Shown here piece by piece: positions 58,305-64,000 of a stretch of 64,000 nt of DNA (within the stretch, counting starts at the first letter, position 1; the number at the start of each line of letters is the position of its first letter). The stretch is from assembly GCA_963675295.2 (NCBI GenBank), contig CAXXKJ010000002.1, forward strand, positions 768,001 through 832,000. Reading direction: 5' to 3'. This DNA is from a bacterium (GTDB taxonomy: Bacteria; Electryoneota; Electryoneia; Electryoneales; Electryoneaceae). Below the pieces are notes generated by a model. The model made no database searches and was not told the DNA's origin. It worked only from the letters and a program-made list of their open reading frames with translations. Made by a program: the position numbers and the translations under genes.

Positions 58305-58472
58305 TTTGTTGGTTGTCATCCTGATGCCTCGCAGGCGCGAGAAGGATCGCATCGTTCATCGATGTCGGGGTAGACATTCGCACGCCCAGGAGACCACCCT
58401 GACGTTCATCGTATGTATTCCCGCTTATAACAACCTGTTTGCCCTCGTGTCTCTCTACCAGAGCCCCCCCAC

Positions 58473-58501
58473 TTGCATTATAATAGACCAGTCGTTATAA
58501 T
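58473..58501 (+). promoter_or_regulatory. sigma70 promoter overlapped by a TetR operator
   Basis: TTGCAT-N17-TATAAT; TAGACCAGTCGTTATAAT at 58484-58501. Confidence 0.75.
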
Positions 58502-58507
58502 TGGGGC

Positions 58508-59107
58508 ATGACAAAGGCACAGGAAACACGGCAGCGCATCATCAGCACCACGATGGATCTGTTGATGCAACAAGGCTACCACGCCACCGGGCTGAACCAA
58601 ATCGTGCAGGAGAGCAACGCTCCGAAGGGTTCACTTTATTTCCATTTCCCGAAGGGGAAAGAGGAAATTGTCGCCGAGGCGTTGAACCTGGCGGGCGAAT
58701 GGAACTGCAATCATGTCGCGGAAGCGTTGCAGGCGCATGAATCGGTCGCGGAGGCGGTGGCGGCCATCACGATGAGTTTCGCGCATTTGCTGGAAGAGGA
58801 CAACTACGGCAAGAGTTGTGCGCTACTGACGGTTGCGCAGGAAGTTGGCGAAGAGGATACGATGCTGCGCCAGGCGTTGGACGCCGGTTTCGCCGGGTGG
58901 TACCAGCTGTTCGTGGACATGTTTGTCAAGGCGCAGTTTCCGCAACAGGCGGCGGAGCGGTGGGCGGATCTGGCCTTGTCGGCGATTGAGGGCGCGCAGG
59001 CATTGGCGCGTGGGCAACGGTCGGTGCGGCCGCTGGAGAACACCGCAGCGATGTTGCGGCTGTTGATCGGCAACGCGCAGCAGATGTATGCGATGAACGA
59101 GGGCTGA
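58508..59107 (+). CDS. TetR family regulator (LmrA/YxaF-like)
   Basis: QGYHATGLNQIV.ES.APKGSLYFHFP.GKEE. Confidence 0.92.
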   Translation: MTKAQETRQRIISTTMDLLMQQGYHATGLNQIVQESNAPKGSLYFHFPKGKEEIVAEALNLAGEWNCNHVAEALQAHESVAEAVAAITMSFAHLLEEDNYGKSCALLTVAQEVGEEDTMLRQALDAGFAGWYQLFVDMFVKAQFPQQAAERWADLALSAIEGAQALARGQRSVRPLENTAAMLRLLIGNAQQMYAMNEG

Positions 59108-59202
59108 GCCGGGCATCCTGAACAGCCACGGCAGCAGGTTCAGGCGACGACAAACCCCGGGCATTTCCCGGTGGTGGAGGCAGGATACCGCGATACGGAT
59201 AG

Positions 59203-59365
59203 TAGACCGGTCGTTATAGAGGAGGCGGTAATGTTGATTTTGCTCGGATTGTGCAGACAGAGAAACAGGATTTAGCCGGACGAATCTCAGGGCTGACACG
59301 GCGCAGCTCGGGAGGTGTAAACCCCGGCGGAAACCGTGGAACGATAGACTAGACCAGTCATGATA
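59203..59365 (+). promoter_or_regulatory. Two further TetR operator copies upstream of the NmrA gene
   Basis: TAGACCGGTCGTTATA (59203) and TAGACCAGTCATGATA (59350). Confidence 0.7.
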
Positions 59366-59404
59366 ACGTTGCAGAAAGAAACAAAACCAGAAAGGGAGTA
59401 TCTC

Positions 59405-60292
59405 ATGTACGTGATCACTGGAGCAACAGGCAACACTGGAAAGCGCATCTCTCACGCATTGTTGGACGCTGGCAAGCAGGTACGTGTCGTTGGGCGCAGC
59501 GCGGAGCGGATGCAGGAATTTGCGGACAAGGGTGCGGATGTGTTCGTCGGCGATTTGAACGACCAGACGGCGATGGGAAAGGCGTTCAACGGTGCGTCGG
59601 CGGCCTATGTCATGGTCCCGCCGAAGTATGACGCCGAGGATTTCCGCGGCTATCAGAACGAGGTGATAGAATCGCTGGCGAACGCGTTGGAGCAGAGCCA
59701 GGTCAAGCATGTGGTGACGTTGAGCAGTGTCGGTGCGGAGATGCCGTCGGGCAATGGGCCGGTCGCGGGCTTGTATGACATGGAGCAGCGGTTGAACAAG
59801 CTGGACGAGATCCACATTCTGCACCTGCGTCCCGGCTATTTCATGGAAAATACGATGATGCAGATCGGCACGATCAAGGCGATGGGCTTTGCGGGCACGC
59901 CGGTCAAGCCGGATGCGACGTTCGGTATGATCGCGACGCAAGACATCGCGGCTTACGCTATCAAGCGTCTGCTGGCGTTGGATTTCACCGGCCATTCGCA
60001 TCAGGAATTGCAGGGCAACCGTGACGTATCGTACGGCGAGATAACGAAGCTGTACGGCGAGAAGATCGGAAAGCCGGATCTTGAGTATGTTCAGTTTCCG
60101 CCGGACCAGGCGCTGCAGGGCATGATGCAGGCTGGATTGAGTCAGTCGGCGGCGGAAATGATGGTCGAATTGGGCGAGGGGCTGAATAAGGGCGAGGTTC
60201 GTCCGCACGAGCCGCGCAACGACGAGAACACCACTCCGACGACGATCGAACAGTTCGCCGAGTTCTGGGCAGCGGCGTACAACGCGTCATAA
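59405..60292 (+). CDS. NmrA-like NAD(P)-binding protein
   Basis: VITGATGNTG, LSSVGA, LRPGYFMEN, IATQDIA. Confidence 0.9.
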   Translation: MYVITGATGNTGKRISHALLDAGKQVRVVGRSAERMQEFADKGADVFVGDLNDQTAMGKAFNGASAAYVMVPPKYDAEDFRGYQNEVIESLANALEQSQVKHVVTLSSVGAEMPSGNGPVAGLYDMEQRLNKLDEIHILHLRPGYFMENTMMQIGTIKAMGFAGTPVKPDATFGMIATQDIAAYAIKRLLALDFTGHSHQELQGNRDVSYGEITKLYGEKIGKPDLEYVQFPPDQALQGMMQAGLSQSAAEMMVELGEGLNKGEVRPHEPRNDENTTPTTIEQFAEFWAAAYNAS

Positions 60293-60341
60293 TTCCACAC
60301 TTCCGGGTGAGTTCCCGGGTGCATGGATTGACCATAGATCG

Positions 60342-60378
60342 AACGGGACAGGCAAAACGCTTGTCCCGTTTTCTTTTG
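60342..60378 (+). terminator. Rho-independent terminator
   Basis: AACGGGACAGGC/GCTTGTCCCGTT stem plus T run. Confidence 0.8.
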
Positions 60379-60484
60379 GGTCAATTCCCAAAAGCGCCGA
60401 CCACGATTGCCCGCCGCAATCGTGTCACTTTTACGTGTTTGTTCTGAAAATATAAAGAGTTGTGAGAAGATGGTACATCAGAAC

Positions 60485-60499
60485 TGGCACGAAAATGGC
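60485..60499 (+). promoter_or_regulatory. Possible sigma54 promoter of the hybrid kinase
   Basis: TGGCACGAAAATGGC = GG-N10-GC with TGGCACG. Confidence 0.4.
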
Positions 60500-60547
60500 T
60501 ACGATTCTGATACTGATTATCATAAGTTTGGCCTCAAGGGAAGCTTC

Positions 60548-62638
60548 ATGCACAGGATACTCAGCGAAAATCACGCGCAGGCAAATGAGCCGGTGATCAC
60601 GAGAAAACGTATCAATCTGACCGTTGTCTCGTTGTCCATGATCATCGGTGGGCTGATCGTCATTTACTACAATTCCCTCAAGGGCACGTTCACCGACCTG
60701 CCGTACATCCTCGTACTGATCGCAACGGCCTTCACGGCGCTTCTGGTTGAACGTCTGGGCAAGACTCAGCTCGGTTTCAACCTGCTGGTTCTAGCCGGTT
60801 TTTTCCTCTCATTTTCGCTGCAGATCGTCTACGGTCCGGAGAACCTGATCAGCCTGATGATCCTGCCAGCTGTGCTCGTGCTGGGTGCTCACCTGGTTCT
60901 GCAAAACCATCTGCACTTCCTCTACGCCCTGGGATTTGCCACCGTCCTGTTGCCTCCGCTGCTGCAGGTGCAGTTCGCGGAGCAGTTGTATGGCACTACG
61001 AGCGTGTTCGAATTCACCGATCTTCTGGACAGACTTGTGGTTACCGCGATCTCCGTTGTCGTGGTTCACCTTTTCGTCAAGGATTGGCGCTCGGCCCTGT
61101 TTGAACGTTGGAAGCAGGCTGAGATTGTCGCGCAATCGCCGGATCCGATCCTGATTACGGACAATCGCTACATCATCGAATACGTCAATCCGTCCTTCTG
61201 CAACACCTTCGGGTACGAGCAGGACGATGTGATCGGCCGCGAGGTGACGACACTGTTTGGCACTCAGGAGAATCAGACGTCGGCGGCAGAGATCAAGCAG
61301 CGGCTGGAGCGGGATCATTTCTGGAACGGCCGGTTTATTCGTCCCAAGAAGGACGGCACGCCGGTTACCGTCAGCGTGATGATTTCGGCGTTGCTCAATG
61401 AGTCAGGTGAGATCACCAATTTCTACGAGTTTTCGCGTGATATCAGCAAAGAATTGGATCTCGAGAAGCAATTGCTTCAGGCCCAGAAGATGGAAGTTGT
61501 CGGGCAACTGGCGGGGGGTGTGGCGCATGACTTCAACAACATCCTGCAGGTGATCTACAGCCATACTCAGCTTGGCCAGCTCCAGCACAGCAAGCAGGAC
61601 CCGGCGAATGAACATTTTGTTTCAATCGAAGCCGCCGCCGATCGTGCTGGCACGCTTGTTCAGCGGATGCTCGCGTTCAGCCGCCAGCAGGTGTTGCAGG
61701 TGACGAACTACGATCTGAACGCGGACTTGTCGAACACGCTGCGCATGATCCGGCGTGTGATCGGTGAACGGATCAACCTGGTCTGGCAGCCGGACACCAC
61801 CATCAAACATGTAGTCGCCGACCGGGGTCAGATCGAACAGGTGATGATGAATCTGTGCATTAACGCCCGGGATGCGATGCCGGACGGCGGGCGGTTGCTG
61901 GTGCGAACGTCGGTGGTTCAGTTCGACGAGAAGACCTCTGAACGGCCACGGTGGGCGAAGGAAGATGAGTATATCGCGATAAAAGTGTCCGACACGGGTA
62001 CCGGAATTCCACCCGAAATCGCCAATCGCATTTTCGAACCCTTCTTCACCACCAAGGGTGAGGGCAAGGGAACCGGGCTTGGACTGTCAACAGCCTACGG
62101 CATCATACTGCAACATCAGGGCATGCTGGAAGTCAGTAGTGAGGCGGGGAAGGGATCAACGTTCACTGTGTATTTGCCTCAGACGAGGGAGATTGCACAC
62201 CAGGAGACCGAGATGGATACCTCGAAGGCGGCCAGTGATATCAGCGATTTGACGGTTCTGGTTGCTGAAGATGACGGGTACGTGCGCAAGACGGTCGCAC
62301 GCATTCTCGAACATGAGGGGTGCCGCGTAATCCTCGCTGAAAATGGGCTGATCGGCCTGGAGAAGTACAAAAGCCACCGCAATGAAATCACCTGCATCAT
62401 CAGCGATATCGTGATGCCGGAGATGGAAGGCCTGGAGATGTACGAGCACATCCAGCAACTTGGGAATGAAGTGCCGGTTCTGTTCACGAGCGGGTACAGC
62501 GGCCGGTTCACGCTGGACGAGATTACCGACAATGAGCTGGCGTTCCTGCCCAAACCGTTCAAGCGTCAGGAGCTGCTTGAAAAGCTGGAGCAGTTGTGCT
62601 GGCCACAGTCAACAAATGGTCGCGTCGTCGCAGAGTAA
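60548..62638 (+). CDS. Membrane PAS hybrid histidine kinase/receiver (CckA-like)
   Basis: TM region, PAS, GGVAHDFNNIL, NLCINARDAM, DTGTGI, GTGLGL, receiver DIVMP...KPF. Confidence 0.93.
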   Translation: MHRILSENHAQANEPVITRKRINLTVVSLSMIIGGLIVIYYNSLKGTFTDLPYILVLIATAFTALLVERLGKTQLGFNLLVLAGFFLSFSLQIVYGPENLISLMILPAVLVLGAHLVLQNHLHFLYALGFATVLLPPLLQVQFAEQLYGTTSVFEFTDLLDRLVVTAISVVVVHLFVKDWRSALFERWKQAEIVAQSPDPILITDNRYIIEYVNPSFCNTFGYEQDDVIGREVTTLFGTQENQTSAAEIKQRLERDHFWNGRFIRPKKDGTPVTVSVMISALLNESGEITNFYEFSRDISKELDLEKQLLQAQKMEVVGQLAGGVAHDFNNILQVIYSHTQLGQLQHSKQDPANEHFVSIEAAADRAGTLVQRMLAFSRQQVLQVTNYDLNADLSNTLRMIRRVIGERINLVWQPDTTIKHVVADRGQIEQVMMNLCINARDAMPDGGRLLVRTSVVQFDEKTSERPRWAKEDEYIAIKVSDTGTGIPPEIANRIFEPFFTTKGEGKGTGLGLSTAYGIILQHQGMLEVSSEAGKGSTFTVYLPQTREIAHQETEMDTSKAASDISDLTVLVAEDDGYVRKTVARILEHEGCRVILAENGLIGLEKYKSHRNEITCIISDIVMPEMEGLEMYEHIQQLGNEVPVLFTSGYSGRFTLDEITDNELAFLPKPFKRQELLEKLEQLCWPQSTNGRVVAE

Positions 62639-62685
62639 CCGGATCACTGGCTGCCAGAACCACCCACCAACTGGGCGAAGACGGT

Positions 62686-64000
62686 TTATTTCAGCACCGT
62701 CACCTTGCGGCCGAGGGACTGCCCGTCCTCGGTGGCCAGCTGCAGCAGGTAGGTGCCGGACGCCAGCGAGTTGGCGTTCAGTGAGACTGTATGCTGCCCG
62801 GCAGTGAACACCCCGCGCGCCACGACACCCACCTTTTGACCCAGCAGGTTGTACAACGCGAGTTCCGCACGCACCGGCCGTGGCAACGAGATTACCGCCG
62901 TCGCGCGGGCGTTGAACGGGTTTGGATACAACGTTGAGATCGCGAACTGATCCGGCAGGGTTGAAGTTTCCGACTCCGGCGCGTCGTTGACGATGAACTC
63001 AGCCAACGGCAGCACATCAATCTTGCCATAGCCCCACGTTGTGTTCGGCACGGTTCCGGTGTACTGGTCGCTGACGGCATGATCCATCAACACCTGCCGC
63101 ACCATGTGACCCAGCGGCAGATCGGCTCCGTGCAGGTACCAGTTGGCCATCACGGCAGCCGTCGCGCCAGATGCGGCGGGGCAGGCCATCGACGTTCCGC
63201 GGAAAAGGACATAATCCCCCGGTGTACCGGGTGCGTCGCCGGGATTCAGCAGGATATAGTTGTCGTAGCTGCCGCCGGGCTGAAGGCTGGAAACGTCGCC
63301 GTCCCGCGCGGACGCGATCATGCTTCCTGGCGAGGCGATGTCCGGTTTCTGCAGACCGTCAATACGTGGTCCGATGCTGGAGAAGGACGCGATGTCGCCA
63401 ATCGTGCCGGACGCAGTGTGTGGATCCCCGTCATAGTCTTCCCACTCGGTGCGGCTGGTGTAGGCCGCAACCGCTATGGCGCCGTCCGCGATGGCCGGAG
63501 AACCGACAGTGTACTGCGGATCGCCGTTATTGAATTCGTACCCGATGCTGTACGGCCCAAGGGTTTGTACACCGACATACAGGTGGAACTCCTGGTCATG
63601 ATCGGAGTTGTTGGCGATCGTGATGTAGCGGTGGTCGGCGTTGCTTGGCAGCACCTCGTCCCCGAGCAGGTAACGGGATTCGGTCCCACGCGGAGATTGC
63701 TGCTGGTCGCTGACGGTCGCGTCCAACTGCAGGAAATTGTTGTCGTATGCGGCGACGTCGAAGAAGGTGCGGTCGTCGGTGTTCGGGCCGTCATAGGCAA
63801 TCACGTTCACCAGGAACACTTGCCCCGTCGCCCACGGCGATACCGTGAGGCCGATGAACGCCGACTGAGTGTTCGCGGGCACGGTCAACGAATAATGGTG
63901 ATCGTCGTTGGCGCTGTTACCCGCCGAGATGAAGACGATCATGCCGTCATCGACGACGTAATCCACGGCCTGTTCGTTCTCCATGGAACCGTCGAGGAAC
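62686..64000 (-). CDS. S8 subtilisin-like protease with T9SS sorting domain (5' end outside window)
   Basis: SAGN, FSS.GP..DG..KPDI..PG, GTSMACP, WGYGK; YPNPFN CTD. Confidence 0.9.
   Translation of the reverse strand, partial: FLDGSMENEQAVDYVVDDGMIVFISAGNSANDDHHYSLTVPANTQSAFIGLTVSPWATGQVFLVNVIAYDGPNTDDRTFFDVAAYDNNFLQLDATVSDQQQSPRGTESRYLLGDEVLPSNADHRYITIANNSDHDQEFHLYVGVQTLGPYSIGYEFNNGDPQYTVGSPAIADGAIAVAAYTSRTEWEDYDGDPHTASGTIGDIASFSSIGPRIDGLQKPDIASPGSMIASARDGDVSSLQPGGSYDNYILLNPGDAPGTPGDYVLFRGTSMACPAASGATAAVMANWYLHGADLPLGHMVRQVLMDHAVSDQYTGTVPNTTWGYGKIDVLPLAEFIVNDAPESETSTLPDQFAISTLYPNPFNARATAVISLPRPVRAELALYNLLGQKVGVVARGVFTAGQHTVSLNANSLASGTYLLQLATEDGQSLGRKVTVLK

Overview
A GC-rich bacterial chromosomal segment, most likely from an FCB-superphylum lineage. 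This is inferred from 11 genes ending in a PNPFN-type T9SS (Por) sorting domain, a Bacteroidota/Ignavibacteria-style LptD and an exbB-exbD-exbD-tonB-tonB cluster. Housekeeping genes (apaG, putP, mscS, purH, lptD, rarA, gcvT, split transketolase, S41 protease) are interspersed with many secreted T9SS cargo genes, an ArsR/permease/thioredoxin/CcdA redox cluster and a TetR-NmrA pair. No rRNA, tRNA, CRISPR array, integrase or transposase was recognised. The strongest candidate for an undescribed system is a modular, diversifying family of T9SS surface proteins built as variable, often AT-rich propeller + conserved Ig-like stalk + exchangeable CTD. Supporting observations: a tandem pair with hypervariable loops and a 236-bp identical stalk; a 30-bp palindrome translated in frame at the stalk/CTD junction; and an AT-rich small-protein/large-BNR-protein operon with two in-frame stops and a C10 tract in its putative promoter. 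A possible sigma54-driven small transcript lies at about 7320-7720. All family calls come from motif recognition by eye, with no database searches.
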